Assembly: GCA_951406725.2 (NCBI GenBank)
Contig: OX597840.1
Span: 15,066,001-15,130,000, forward strand
Reading direction: 5' to 3'
Source of the DNA: Octopus vulgaris
Taxonomy: Eukaryota
Length of the DNA stretch: 64,000 bases
Shown: positions 1 to 12,227 of the stretch, one piece after another
Layout of the letters: each line of letters opens with the position of its first letter
How positions within the stretch are numbered: the first letter of the stretch is position 1
Made by a program: the position numbers and the translations under genes
The notes under the pieces: model-generated
Database searches by the model: none
What the model saw: only the letters and a program-made list of their open reading frames with translations
What the model was told of the DNA's origin: nothing

Positions 1-63
1 AACAGGCAATACACACATCTACACACACACAGATTTTTCCTTCAATGTATGTTGAGTAAAGTT

Positions 64-1633
64 TCAGCCATTTAATTTGGGGGAGAACTTAGCTATGAAA
101 TGTTTTTCCATATTCCTCCTGAAGGGGGTGTCATTCTTCGGACACTTGTAGAAGGGAAATATCTTAAATTTTCCTTCTCCACATGTAGCTAGGTGTGTGC
201 TTAGTGGTATTTTGCGTAGTTCTTCCTGCCGAATATGTTGTCGGTGGATCCTGGCTCGCTGGCACAAAGAATTACCAGTTTCTCCTACGTAATTCTCCTT
301 GCATGTGGGGCAGGTTATGCAGTATATGACGTTCTGCGTCTTGCAGTTCATATCTGCATTTACTTTGAATATGACACCATTTTTAAATCTTATCTCTCTG
401 TTGCTCTCTATGTATTTGTAGGTGGGGTTGCTGCAGGTCCCACATCTACCATCTCCGCACTCTTTTGCAAAGAATTCCGTTTTAGTTTCTGAAGAGAATT
501 TCGCTCTTGTTAGGTGTTTTTTTAGGTTTTTGTCCTGTCGTCTACTGTTTTTTATGCTATATTTGTTTAATATGTTTTTCATTTTGGGGCTCTGTAAGGC
601 TATTGGTAGGTTTGAATGTATGGTTTGGAAGATGTTGGTAACTCCAGGGTTGTGTGTGTTTATAAAAGGGATAGTGTTTTCTTTGTTTTTTGTTTTGGGT
701 GTCCTGAGTTGTGTGATGTCTAGTTTTAATGCTCTTGTGATTCCATTTTCTATTAGTTTAAGGGGGTATTTTTGCTCTAGGAGGAAGCTTTTGAGTTCAT
801 CTAGTCTTATTAATCGTATTTGTGAATCAGTTACTATGCTACATATTCGTCGTGCCATACTATATGGGATGTTTCTTTTTGTGTGGGATGGGTGGCAGGA
901 GTGGAAATTTAAGTATTGATGTGTGTCAGTTTTTTTGTAGTGGATGTCTGTTGTGACGATGGAGTTGTGTATTTTGATGTTGATGTCTAGGAAGGGAAGT
1001 TCGTTGTTGCTGGTATCTATTGTGAAATTGATAGATGGGTGCAGCGTATTGAGGATGTTGTGGAATGTTTGTAGGTCCTCTTCTGATCTGTTCCAAAAGA
1101 TGAAACAGTCATCGAGGTAGCGTTTCCACTTTTTCTTGATGTCTTCTCTGAAGTCGTGTTCGAAGACTTTCCCTATTTCGTCATATAGTTTTTTCTCCAG
1201 GAAGCCCATCACTAGGTTGGCATATGAAGGTGCGAATTTTGTACCCATAGCCGTGCCTTTTATCTGTCGGTATGTCTTGTTGTTGAATGAGAATGTGTTT
1301 TCTTCTAGTATTAGTTGGGTGGCTTGGGTGATTAAGTTTGTCTTGAAGCGTTCATCTATAAGTTCTCTGTATTTTTCTATTGATTGTTTTATAGCTTCTA
1401 GACCTAGGGTGTGTGGTATGTTTGTGTATAGATTTGTGACATCAAAGCTTGCAAGTATGGTGTTTTTCGGGACTGTATTTGGAATGTGTGTGAGGAAGTC
1501 TATGTCATCCCTTATGTAGCTTGGAATCTGTGGGCATAGAGGTTTGAGGAGTATATCTATGAAGTGGCTTAGTTGTTGTGTTGGTGCCTGGGGTCCTGCC
1601 ACTATTGGTCTCATCGTGAGGTCTGCAGGTCTT

Positions 1634-1635
<2 letters not shown>
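64..1635 (-). mobile_element. Penelope-like retroelement (Neptune-type) ORF: reverse transcriptase + GIY-YIG endonuclease, 5'-truncated, 524 open codons
   Basis: RT motifs LASFDVTNLYTNIP, YRQIKGTAMGTKFAPSYANL and RYLDDCF; thumb region HYKKTDTHQYLNFHSCHP; Cys linker CGDGRCGTC; GIY-YIG VIYCITCPTCKENYVGETG...R...H. The N-terminal 60 aa of the ORF-track call come from microsatellite/SINE sequence; the real element stops at the (TA)n at ~1636. Confidence 0.95.
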
Positions 1636-1675
<40 letters not shown>

Positions 1676-1839
1676 TATATATACATATATATCCAACCCA
1701 TGGCAGCATGAACGATGGGCATTAAATGATGATGATGATGATATACATATATATGACTGGCTTCTTTCAGTTTCCATCTACCAAATCCACTAACAAGCCC
1801 AAAAGTCACACATGAGAACATGACATTATATTACATTGT

Positions 1840-2268
1840 TATTTTTATAATGTGCTTTCACTGCACTACTGAGCGCAGCTCTGTGTGCTGTGGTTTGTTG
1901 TGATGCTCTTTTTTTAACTGTATTGAAAGTGTTTTACATAAGATGTGTTCGGTGTCTAGTAGTGCTATTTTCTGTATGTTATATACACTTGTTAGTCCTG
2001 GAGTTTTTGTTATGTATTGTCTGAATGTTATTTTTATCATACCTAATACACCTACTATAATAGGAATTGTTTCTGTTTTTAGACTCCACTTTCAAGTTAA
2101 CACTATTTCCTAATCTTTGTATTTTGAAAGTTTCTCTGTTTCTTTTAGAGAAATATTGTCATCTGTTGGTATTGATACATTGATTAGAAAGCATCTTTCT
2201 TCTTGGTGATCTTTGACAACTATATCCGGCCTATTAGCCTTGATTTCTTTATCTGTACGTATTGGCAG
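1840..2268 (-). mobile_element. R4/Dong-type (restriction-like endonuclease) LINE 3' fragment, pseudogenised
   Basis: Minus-strand translation PIRTDKEIKANRPDIVVKDHQEERCFLINVSIPTDDNISLKETEKLSKYKD*...KWSLKTETIPIIVGVLG...IQKIALL matches the RPD..D..EK..KY REL domain C-terminus; contains stops. Confidence 0.85.
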
Positions 2269-2624
2269 ACTCAAGGTGCATAAGTGGTATCTTATTAATT
2301 ATTATTATTATTATATTTGGGGAAGGTCATATTCTTTGATTTTGCCAAATAACCACATGCATTATATATTCATTCTCAGCTTCAGTTTTATGATTGTTCC
2401 TATTTTAATATCCTTTGTCTAAAATCTTTCATTACACCTCCTGTGACTTCCTCAATGACTCTCCACCCCACGTGACTCCTGTTATTATTATTATTAATAA
2501 TTTTGTTCCTGTACAAGTCCATGTGTATTCGTTACTATATTATTTATTTCATTTAATTTTAGAAGAATTGAAACATGTCTTTGACAATTCCGAAACAGAT
2601 TAAGCTTCTTATAAATAATATATA

Positions 2625-2946
2625 TATTATTTACATTATTTACATTTGACAGATATTTGCCCTCATCTTATTGTTGTTAACACAATGTTTCAGCTGTTAT
2701 ACCCTCCAGCCTTCATTAGGTGTATTGGTGAAATTTCAAACCTGGGTTCTCTTTCCTAAGGTAAAACATCAAAAAATACCTTAGGAATGAGAACCCAGGT
2801 TCGAAATTTCTCCAAGGCACCTGACGAAGGCTGGAGGGTATATCAGCCGAAACGTGTTAACAACAAACAAGATGAGAACAAATATCCGTCAAATATAAAT
2901 AATGTAAACAATATGCATAATTTCTCATCTCTTAAATATAGAACTG

Positions 2947-2948
<2 letters not shown>
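2625..2948. mobile_element. Foldback (inverted-pair) pLTR-like element, copy 1, each arm carrying an HHR-like motif
   Basis: 2625-2763 is the imperfect reverse complement of 2777-2913. The right arm reads GGCAC-CTGACGA-A-GGCTGG-agggtata-TCAGCC-GAAA-C-GTGTT (2816-2858). The same structure recurs at ~27052-27370. Confidence 0.75.
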
Positions 2949-2985
<37 letters not shown>

Positions 2986-3689
2986 AAACATTCAGCAAAG
3001 CTGAGCATCACCTGTCCATGTCCTCTCAACTGGAACCATTGAAGAAATGGTCAGTTATAGAGACTGGGTGGATTGGGGGGGGCAAACCACAGATATCATG
3101 TCTAAATTAGATATTTCTAAACTATTGAGACCCTTTGTTGATTGTGGCCCCTGACCAAAGGGTTATTAGTTTTTGGTGCCAATGTGGGGTTTGGGTTTAA
3201 TACTTGACCATTTTCCTACAATGGAAAAGGAAAGGAAAGAAGGGAAGTTGGGAAGTCTTGAAGTCTTTGGATCTTTGCCAGAAAAGGACAGAGAGAATTA
3301 GTAGAAGCAAAATTAATTTTAAAGAAATAAAAAATAAATACGTAATCTCTGCCATGTCTATTGTTTCTCATTTTAAAATTTAATTGTTAATCTGTCTTAA
3401 TCCTTAATCTCGACCAAACATCACTTAAAACTTGAAGACACTAAAATTACACATTCACCCACATACAAATACAGCGTGAACACAAACAGACACACACACA
3501 CATAACACGGAAAAGCTCATGCACACAAACACACAGAGGCACTGAGGAGATACATGTACACACACTTATGCATGCACATGCATACACACAGATGTTGACT
3601 TCATGCACACATGCACACAAAGGCTACATACTCATTCATACACACACACACGTACACACACATGCACATACAAGCACATGCACATACAA

Positions 3690-4250
3690 GCACACACACA
3701 CTACTTGCATGCTTAAAACCTTCACACATGCACTTTAGAGAAAACAACAAAACACTGGACACACAACCATAAAAACATACAAACACACACACATACACAT
3801 ACACACAAACTACATACATATGCACATACACACACACACACACCAAAGAATTTAAAACATTTCCTTCACACACACTCTCACATACTCTCTCTCTCTCACG
3901 CACACACACACATACTCTTTCACACACACACATACACACACACAGCTTGCATGTTTAAAGCTTTTACACACACACACACACTTTAATGAAACAACAAAAC
4001 AACACACACACACATATACATACACACAAACTACATACATATGCACATACACAAACGCACCAAAGAAATACATGCACAATTTAAAACATTCTCTTCACAC
4101 ACACACACACACACACACATACTCTTTCAGACACACACACACACAGCTTGCATGTTTAAAGCCTTCACACACACATGCACTTTAGTGAAACAACAAAACA
4201 ACACACACGCAATCATATAAATACATACACACACCTACACACACACAAAA
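3690..4250. repeat. Degenerate ~200-240 bp tandem repeat (about 2.5 copies) interleaved with (CA)n
   Basis: CTTGCATGYTTAAA...CACTTTA..GAAACAACAAAACA recurs at ~3704, ~3946 and ~4147; CACCAAAGAA...TTTAAAACATT recurs at ~3841 and ~4058. Confidence 0.7.
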
Positions 4251-4259
4251 TCCATGCAC

Positions 4260-4975
4260 ACTTTATAAGCCCCTCCCCTCTAAACACAGCACCCCTCTTT
4301 CTCCCTCTCTCCCCCCTACTCTTTCTTATTCCACTTCCTTTATCCCTTATCCTCACACTTCCCCTCCTTTACCTTTCAACTCTCCTCCCACCATTCTCCT
4401 CATCTCTCTTCTCTCTCTCTCTCTCTCTCTCTCTTTCTTCCAAGGAGAAATCAGGAAGTAAATATCATCCAAAGTACAAAAGGCAGTGAATTGACTGGCG
4501 TTAGGAAACCTTCACTGTCTGGGATCAAATCCCACTGACAGCATCTTTGCTTTTTATTATTCCGGGGACAATAAATAAACTTGTAGTCAAGTATCAGGGT
4601 CAAGTCTTTCTTTCTCTCTATCTTTCTCTTCCTCTCTCTCTCTCTCTCCTACTCTCTTTTCTTCTATGTGTCTTTCTCTCTCTCTTTATCTCTCTCATCC
4701 TCTCTATATCTCTCACTATCTTTCCCTCTCTGTCTCTCTCTCTCTATCGCCCTCTTCATCTCCTATTCTGTTCCCCCCTCTCTCTCATCTACTTTCTTTC
4801 CCTCTTGTATGTGTGTGTGTCTCCCCTCTCTTTTCTTCTCTCTCTTTCTCTCGCTTCCTTCTCTCTCTCACTCACTCCTCTTCTTTCTATCTCTCTCTTC
4901 ATCTCCAACTCTTTTTCCCCTCTCTGTGTCTCTCTCCCTCCTTTTTGTTACCCTCTCTCTCTCTCACACACATAC
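4260..4975. repeat. CT-rich polypyrimidine low-complexity tract
   Basis: (CT)n and (CTTT)n-like runs seen directly. Confidence 0.85.
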
Positions 4976-5253
4976 TCACTTCCATGGAAACACATACGCA
5001 ACCCTTCCCATGGTGCACCATGGCCGTGTTGCACCCCAGGAAGTGTCATGAAGCCAGGCCATCTTAACAACATTACAGACCTCAGTGCCAAAGCAATGCA
5101 CACTGCATACAATGACATACATAGATAACTACTGTGTGGGTCCATATTTGACAATGGCACTGACAAATATTTGTGAGAGTCCCTTTCTTCAAAAATATAA
5201 AGGGATAGAATAAGGAGTTAACTCCTTCTTATACATAACTTTTATCCTACTGG

Positions 5254-5309
5254 GACCCTCTGAGGATGGTCCTATGTGCAGTCAAGAATGGACTAGAAAT
5301 AAACAAGTC
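5254..5309 (+). ncRNA. Degenerate hammerhead-like motif (partial)
   Basis: CTGAGGA (5260-66), stem II TGGTCC/GGACTA, GAAA (5296-99). Stems I and III are not convincingly recoverable. Confidence 0.35.
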
Positions 5310-5920
5310 TACATGTTACAAAACCATGTGATAGAGGCCCCTAATGTGGTGGACTTCCACTTTTGGCTAACTAATAAGCCCCCACAGATCCAAGATTACC
5401 TTGAATGTCAATCACCAGTCTACTAAGGTATACACAACCATTCTGTCTATGTCTACCACTCTCACTCAGCACCCTCCCCACTGTCTTCACTCTCACTTCT
5501 TCGCCCAGCAGATCTCAGACTAAACTAGTGAAGGGTGGGCAATTTTTGGATTGGGTCCATATTTAGTTGAATAGGTCAGTTGTTGTTGCTGTTTTCAGCC
5601 CAGGTCAGACATGCTTCACCAAACCATGGATCAAACACCATGAACCTCCAGCCATGATCATCCAATCTTGGCCATTTCATTGTTCCTTCAGATTAGTTTA
5701 ATCCTTGGAAAAGCCCAGTTCCATACCACTGTCCTTACAATTTGTTATTACTGGACCCTTTCACTTAGCTCTTCCTCAATTTTGAAGTGGGGGGAGGGGG
5801 CTGTTTTTGTTGCTCCCCACTCCCGTCCCAGTTTACTGGCAACAAATAACACTTTTAAGAATAGACAGAGTATTGAAGTGTTAACTATTAGATATGTGTG
5901 TATGTGCCTATTTATATATA

Positions 5921-5976
<56 letters not shown>

Positions 5977-6028
5977 ATCCATATATATATATGTGTATAT
6001 ATATGATATATATATATATATATACATG

Positions 6029-6064
<36 letters not shown>

Positions 6065-6224
6065 GGTGTATGTGTGTGTATTTGTTATGATGAATGTGGA
6101 AATATTTGCCATAAAATTAAAGTGAGAAGGTAAAAACAAAATAAAAAGGAATTCTGTCAAGAGCAGAATTGACAAGAATATTGGTCTGCAACCACTTGAG
6201 TTGACACCAACAAACTCAGCATCA

Positions 6225-6880
6225 ACATCATCATCATCCTCATCATTGTCATCATGATCATCATCATCACTGCCATCGTCATTCTCTTTATCACTGCCAC
6301 CACCACCCCCACCAATGCCATCACCACCATCATCATCATAATTATCATGACTATGGGCAACGTTTCCCCCATTCAGCACTTCCTCACCATCAACAGCAAC
6401 ATCAGCAGCAGCGTCAACAACAACATCAGCAACATAACAAGTCTGCATGATAAGAGCTGACCTGGGGCTATAGAACAACATCAATAAAACTAATACTACC
6501 ACTTCTGCTATACTAACCATTGTACAACCACCACCACTACCATCGCCATAACCATCACTATCAACAACATCAACACCCCAACCGCAATGGCAACCACCAC
6601 CATAACCATCTCCTTCAATATCATACACCTCTTCCCATCACCACCAATACTACCACCACCACCACCACCACCTCTCCAAATCTACCACCACGTCCATCAA
6701 CACCACCTCCACTACCACAACCACCACCATCACCACCACCACCACGAATGCCACCACCACCACCACAAATGCCACCACCATCACCACTATCACCCCAACA
6801 CAACTACCACATCCATCAACATCACCACCACTACCACCACGTCCCTCACCACCACCACTATATCCATCACTCCACCACCA
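6225..6880. repeat. (CAT)n/(CAC)n/(CAA)n trinucleotide low-complexity tract
   Basis: Seen directly; produces spurious His/Thr/Pro ORFs in all frames. Confidence 0.85.
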
Positions 6881-7187
6881 TAATATTTTAACATATTTTC
6901 CAAATCCACACAATATTATTGATTTCTGCATCTATATTTAGACAATATATTGTATATCTCCATCAGTAAATTCTGTCTCTAACATAGGTCAGTACTCAGA
7001 GTAAGCTTACAGGAGTAACATCTACATTACAAGAATGAACTCCTGTATTGGGACATGTCAACTCAAACACACACACACACACACACGTATATACATACAT
7101 ACATATATAAATATATATATATGTATATATCAATTAGAAATCTCTGAACGAGGTATATATCTATGTATATATCTATGTATATATATC

Positions 7188-7586
7188 TCTTACTTGTTTC
7201 AGTAATTTGACTGTGGCCATGCTGGAGCACCGCCTTTATTCAAGTAAATCAACCCCAAGACTTATCCTTTGTAAGCCTAGTACTTATTCTATCAGTCTCT
7301 TTTGCCGAACCGCTAAGTTATGCAGACGTAAACACACCAGCATTGGTTGTCAAGCGATGTTAGGGGAGACAAACACAGACAGACAAACATATACACACAC
7401 ATACATGCATATATACACATATATATGATGGGCTTCTTTCAGTTTCCGTCTACTAAATCCACTCAGGCTTTGGTCGGCCCGAGGCCATAGTAGAAGACAG
7501 TTGCCCAAGGTACCATGCAGTGGGACTGAACCTGGAACCATATGGTTCATAAGCAAGCTACTTACCTCACAGCCACTCCTACGCCT
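7188..7586 (-). mobile_element. SINE family A (tRNA-derived head, CORE-like segment, internal TA/TG microsatellite), full length
   Basis: Reverse complement of GGCGTAGGAGTGGCTGTG..GTAAG / GGTTCAGTCCC / ACCTTGGGCAA ... GAAACAAGTA; more than 20 copies in the window. Confidence 0.85.
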
Positions 7587-7906
7587 GTGTATATATAGAT
7601 GCCATCATTATTTAGCATCCATTTCTCTATACTGGCATGGTTTAGACAGTCTGACCAGGGCTGGTAAGCCGAGGAGCTGCACCAGACTCCGGTCATGGTT
7701 TCTATGGCTGGATGCTCTTCCTAATGCCAACCAATTTACAGTGTGTAATGAGGGCTTTTACATGCCAGCAGGACAGGTACCAGTTGCCGGTTGCATGACA
7801 CAAATATTTACCATAATTACGATTTCACTGGGCTTGATGGATCTTCCTTCTCAAGCAATACACTCACACACATATATGTATTTATATGCATATATATATA
7901 TATATA

Positions 7907-7946
<40 letters not shown>

Positions 7947-7949
<3 letters not shown>

Positions 7950-8077
7950 GGTGTCCCAAAAAATTGTATACACACCTTAAATAATTGTAAATTTGTTATT
8001 CTTTGTAAGCCTAGTACTTATTCTATCGTTCTGTTTTGCTGAACCACTATGTGTATACATTTTTTGAGGACACCCTG
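7947..8077. mobile_element. Tc1/mariner-type MITE (131 bp) inside (TA)n, carrying a SINE-A fragment
   Basis: TIRs CAGGGTGTCCCAAAAAATTGTATACACA / TGTGTATACATTTTTTGAGGACACCCTG, with TA on both sides. Confidence 0.85.
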
Positions 8078-8112
<35 letters not shown>

Positions 8113-8238
8113 TAACCAAAATTGTAAAGATAATCTAGTATTCGTCTGAGGAAAGAAAACTTCGAATGACCCGTCCTTGTTTTCTTTGTATTGTCTATCT
8201 GGATGTTTTGCATTCTTGTCCTATTTTGTATTTTCATA

Positions 8239-8575
8239 TGAAGGCACATGGCTCAGTGGTTAGAGCGTCGAGCTTACGATCGTGAGGTTGTGAGCTCGAA
8301 TCCCGGACCGGGCTGCGTGTTATGTTCTTGAGCAAGACACTTTATTTCACGTTGCTCCAGTTCACTCAGCTGTAGAAATGAGTTGCAACGTCACAGGTGC
8401 CAAGCTGTATCGGCCCTTGCCTTTCCCTTGGACAACATCGGTGACGTGAAGAGGGGAGGCCGGTATGCATGGGCGACTGCTGGTCTTCCATAAAACAACC
8501 TTGCCCAGACTTGTGCCTCAGATGGTAACTCTCTAGGTGCAAACCCATGGTCAGTGTCTGACCGAAGGGAGTCAA
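8239..8575 (+). mobile_element. SINE family C (tRNA-derived), full length
   Basis: A box TGGCTCAGTGG, B-box-like GAGCTCGAATCC, then TTCTTGAGCAAGACACTT. Reverse copy at ~41120-41466; partial copies at ~31380-31625 and ~37855-37985. Confidence 0.8.
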
Positions 8576-8579
8576 AGAA

Positions 8580-8620
<41 letters not shown>

Positions 8621-9089
8621 TGAGAGGCATATACCATTTGTTTCATTTAAAAATTTTAAAGCTCTACAGAAACAATTTGTGTTTAGCACACCAATTTGAA
8701 CAGAATGATCGTTTTTATAAAAATGGGATGGATCATATCTGAAAACAGCTTTAGGAGTTGTGAAGAACGAATTTGTATGTAGTTTCCTTCTGAGAGCTTT
8801 TCTACTGGACCTCTGTCTAATCATTAAAGCTTTGATTTAATGATCCAGCATCAAGTGCTGCAACATGAATTTGCTGATCTTGAGAAAATCTCGTCTCTCT
8901 TCAGACTCTTGCCTTTGGTTTTCTACAATCCTCCTTGTTTATACATGTTTCTGGAGATATTACATCTTTTCTGTGTTTCTCCCGCTCATTCCATAAAATT
9001 TTATTTGAAGAGAGCAGAAATTGAAAGAAGAGGAAGCAAAAAGGACAGAGAAAGAAAGTGAAAGATGTCTGTGCATCTATATGAAATGG

Positions 9090-9127
<38 letters not shown>

Positions 9128-9939
9128 ACCTGTGTGTGAGAGAGAGAAAGAGTGAAAAGAGAGATAGAATGAGTGAGTGATGGTGTGAGTCATGATGATT
9201 GATATCTTTTAAGGTACACACACACACAGAAAATGTGATGTCATCGTATAACGTGTTTACAATAGTTTATTTATGGAAAAGATTATAATATTAAATTTTT
9301 GAAATGCAAATATGTGAATGTAAATAAAGTTTAATTTGTAGCTGAAATAGTACTAAATCTTTTGATACCCCATACATAAAAATCTGTAACTCGGTTTTGC
9401 AATGCATAAGGACTTCTTTCAAACTAAAAGTATTATCTTACATTACAAATGAGATGTAATACTGAAATAGTGTAAGGGATAAGAGATTGCTCTTGGCTCA
9501 CATTAGGCAAGAAGTTAAAAATTTATTTAGCCCATGACACTGCATGGATCTTGACTTTTGTATGTGACGACTGTTGCTTTAAGTATTTTATTTCGATTTT
9601 ATGTATATATGTATGAGCCAAAGAGGAAACCTCTACATGGTAGCTATACCTGGTAGAAATAGCAGCCAAATCTCCCTCCAAACACCCTAATGTCTTAATC
9701 TGACAATTCTGCCTATTATGTAGTTTGAATGAGAAACTGTAACTAAAGATTAAGATTATTAACCCCAAACTTGGATGGTATTAAGTAGTGGAGATGTTTG
9801 ATGACTGTATGTGGTGGTTACTTTTGACTGTTTCTTCTCAATAAAGATAATTGATTGTTAACGAATCTTAATGCAATATTTATACAACTTCAAGTGGAAT
9901 CAGACATCATAAGAGAGACAGAGAGAGGAAAGAAGAGAA

Positions 9940-10235
9940 ACAGCATAGCAATGGTTTTGGCTGACTGTCATCCTGTACTCCCCTTGTTGCTAGCGAAATG
10001 GTATGTGCCAGCTGTCTGAGCAAACATGTTGCTTTTAATGGAGGAACAAAGAGGACAAAAAGATTGCAAAAATAGCGATTGTCACTTTGAAACTAACAAT
10101 TTTGAAAATCTTTTTAGATTACTGAATGCCCCACTCTCCCATATATTCATGTTTAAAATTTCAGTGCGATCGGATGAACAGCACTTGAGTTATAACCGCA
10201 CAGACAGACAGACAGAACGGATTTTATATATTAGA
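9940..10235 (-). mobile_element. Possible non-autonomous Helitron-like fragment (5' end)
   Basis: Minus strand begins A|TCTAATATATAAAATCCGTT(CTGT)n, resembling Helitron 5' TC termini with a (CTGT)n tract. The 3' end was not identified. Confidence 0.35.
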
Positions 10236-10309
10236 TTTATATACATTAATGTGATGAGCTGAGAGAAATGCTTATGAAATCATAATCAAAACAGAAAAAA
10301 AAAACAAAG

Positions 10310-10975
10310 TCATTAATGGTGAGGAACTTGCTTCCCAAGCACATGGTTCCGGGTTCAGTCCCACTCTGTGGTACCTGGGCAACTGTCTTCAACTATAGCC
10401 TCAGGTCTTGTGAGTGGATTTGGTAGATAGAAACTGGCAGAAGCCTATTGTGTATATATATCATCATCATCATTGTTTAATGTCCATTTTCCACGCTGGC
10501 ATGGGTTGGATGGTGTGACTGAGGTCGGAAGAGCCAGTGGCTGCACCACGCTCCAATCTGATCTGGCAATGTTTCTACGGCTGGATGCCCTTCCTAACAC
10601 CAACCACTCCATGAGTGCAGTGGGTGCTTTTTACGTGCCACTGGCACAAGAGCCAGTCAGGCAGGCCTGACATCGATTGCGTTCCGATAGTGCGTTTTGC
10701 GTGCCACCGTCAAGGGAGACAGTAACACATATATATGTATGTATTTGTGTGTGTGTGTCTGTGTTTACCCCTTACCATCACTTGGCAAGTGATGTTGGTG
10801 TGGTTATGTCCCTGTAACTGAGCAGTTCAGCAAAAGATTCCAATAGAATAAGAACTATACTTGTAAAGATGAAGTCCTGGGCTAGATTTCTTTGACTAAA
10901 ATCCTTTTAAGGTGGTGCTCCAGCATGGCCGCAGTCAAATGACTGAATCAAGTAAAAGAATAAAAAATAAAAGAA
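10310..10975 (+). mobile_element. SINE family A split by an RTE-tail element (10460-10720, -) inserted in its internal microsatellite
   Basis: 5' half at 10310-10450 and 3' half at 10760-10975; the intervening sequence is (CAT)n...GGATGCCCTTCCTAAC. Confidence 0.75.
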
Positions 10976-11027
10976 TTAATGACAATTACTTTCAAAGGTG
11001 ACAAAGGAGATAACTTCTAATATTTCA

Positions 11028-11420
11028 GGTGTAGGAGTGGCTGTGTGGTAAGTAGCTTGCTTACCAACCACATGGTTCCTGGGTTCAGTCTCACTACGTG
11101 GCACCTTGGGCAAGTGTCCTCTACTATAGCCTTGGGCCGACCAAAGCCTTGTGAGTGGATTTGGTTTACGGAAACTGAAAGAATCCCGTCGTATATATGT
11201 ATATGTATATATTTGTGTGTCCGTGTTTGTACCCCCAACATCGCTTCACAACCGATGCTGGTGTGTTTACGTCCCCATAACTTAGCAGTTCGGGAAAAGA
11301 GACCGATAAAATAAGTACTAGGCTTACAAAGAATAAGTCCTAGGGTCGATTTGCTCGACTACAGGTGGTGCTCCAGCATGGCCACAGTCAAATGACTGAA
11401 GCAAGTAAAAGAGAAAGAGA
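11028..11420 (+). mobile_element. SINE family A, full length
   Basis: GGTGTAGGAGTGGCTGTGTGGTAAGTAG...GCAAGTAAAAGAG. Confidence 0.9.
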
Positions 11421-11691
11421 GTTGATCAAAGATTATATGGAGATATGTATTGATGACATGGGGTAAAAATTTGATTTGGGTCATTGAGAATAAATGAGAT
11501 CATGTTTTAGCCTTATTACACCTCCACAGTGAAGCATAGCCAACACACAACTACTAAAGGATCATAAGATATAGCATGCTTAGTTTTTTATGTTGGGAAG
11601 AAAGTTCAGTTATAGTATTTGAAATAAAGACATTGTTTTATAAGGGCACCCCTTTTGTAAAGAATTCATAGTTTGGCTGAAGCTGCCATAT

Positions 11692-12227
11692 TTAACCCTC
11701 TACCATTCACCTTTCTCTGTCAAATGTTGTTGTTGTTTGTTTCTTCTTGAGCCATGCCTGGCTCATAGGGGTGGTTTCCCAGTTTCCTTGGCGTATAGGT
11801 TTCCCACCTGGACAGAACGCTGGTCCGTCACAGGTCAGCTGCAAGATGCAGGAGGACAGACTGAGAGAAAGTTGTGGCAGAGAGTCACCATTACCTTCTG
11901 CCAGAGCTGCGTAGATCTTAGGTGTTTCGCTCATAAACACACACATCGCCCGGTCTGAGATTTGAACGCGCGATCCCTCGACTGCAAGTCCGCTGCTCTA
12001 ACCACTAGGCCATGTGCCTCCACTCGGTCAAATGTAATCCTTATTTATTCACATTGTTTTGAATTAATTATGCATTATCTTTTAACTTTGAGTTTTTTAC
12101 AATATGAGCGTTTATTTTTAAAATGACATTGTAGGGTAGGTGTGAAAGGCTGGATCTGGTCAGATTGAACAGTAAACAAGTAGAATATTTGGACCAAATA
12201 TGATTGATCTAAATGCCTTTAGGGTAA
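11692..12227. mobile_element. Possible degenerate piggyBac-like MITE hosting the SINE-D insertion
   Basis: Termini TTAACCCTCTACCATT ... AATGCCTTTAGGGTAA; the TIR match is weak. Confidence 0.3.
11728..12026 (-). mobile_element. SINE family D (tRNA-derived) with 9-bp target-site duplication
   Basis: Head GGAGGCACATGGCCTAGTGGTTAGAGC..CGTTCAAATC and (AAC)n tail; TSD GTCAAATGT at 11719-11727 and 12027-12035. Second copy at ~55082-55378. Confidence 0.85.

Noticed and set aside
235-1519. Plus-strand ORFs overlapping the PLE
   Set aside because: Antisense shadows of the RT ORF with no recognisable motifs.
1636-1821. N-terminal 60 aa of the 585-aa ORF
   Set aside because: Read-through of (TA)n, (CAT)n and SINE/RTE-tail fragments; not part of the PLE protein.
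8140-8175. Hammerhead candidate CTGAGGA-AAG-AAAA-CTT-CGAAT
   Set aside because: No GAAA/UH in the correct context and no stem I; insufficient evidence.
8239-8312. tRNA gene (also 11955-12023 and the SINE A heads)
   Set aside because: A/B boxes continue directly into SINE bodies with multiple diverged copies; these are SINE heads.
8640-9060. Unique-looking island with short ORFs
   Set aside because: Stops in all frames, no clear splice pair and no recognisable domain; could be UTR but unsupported.
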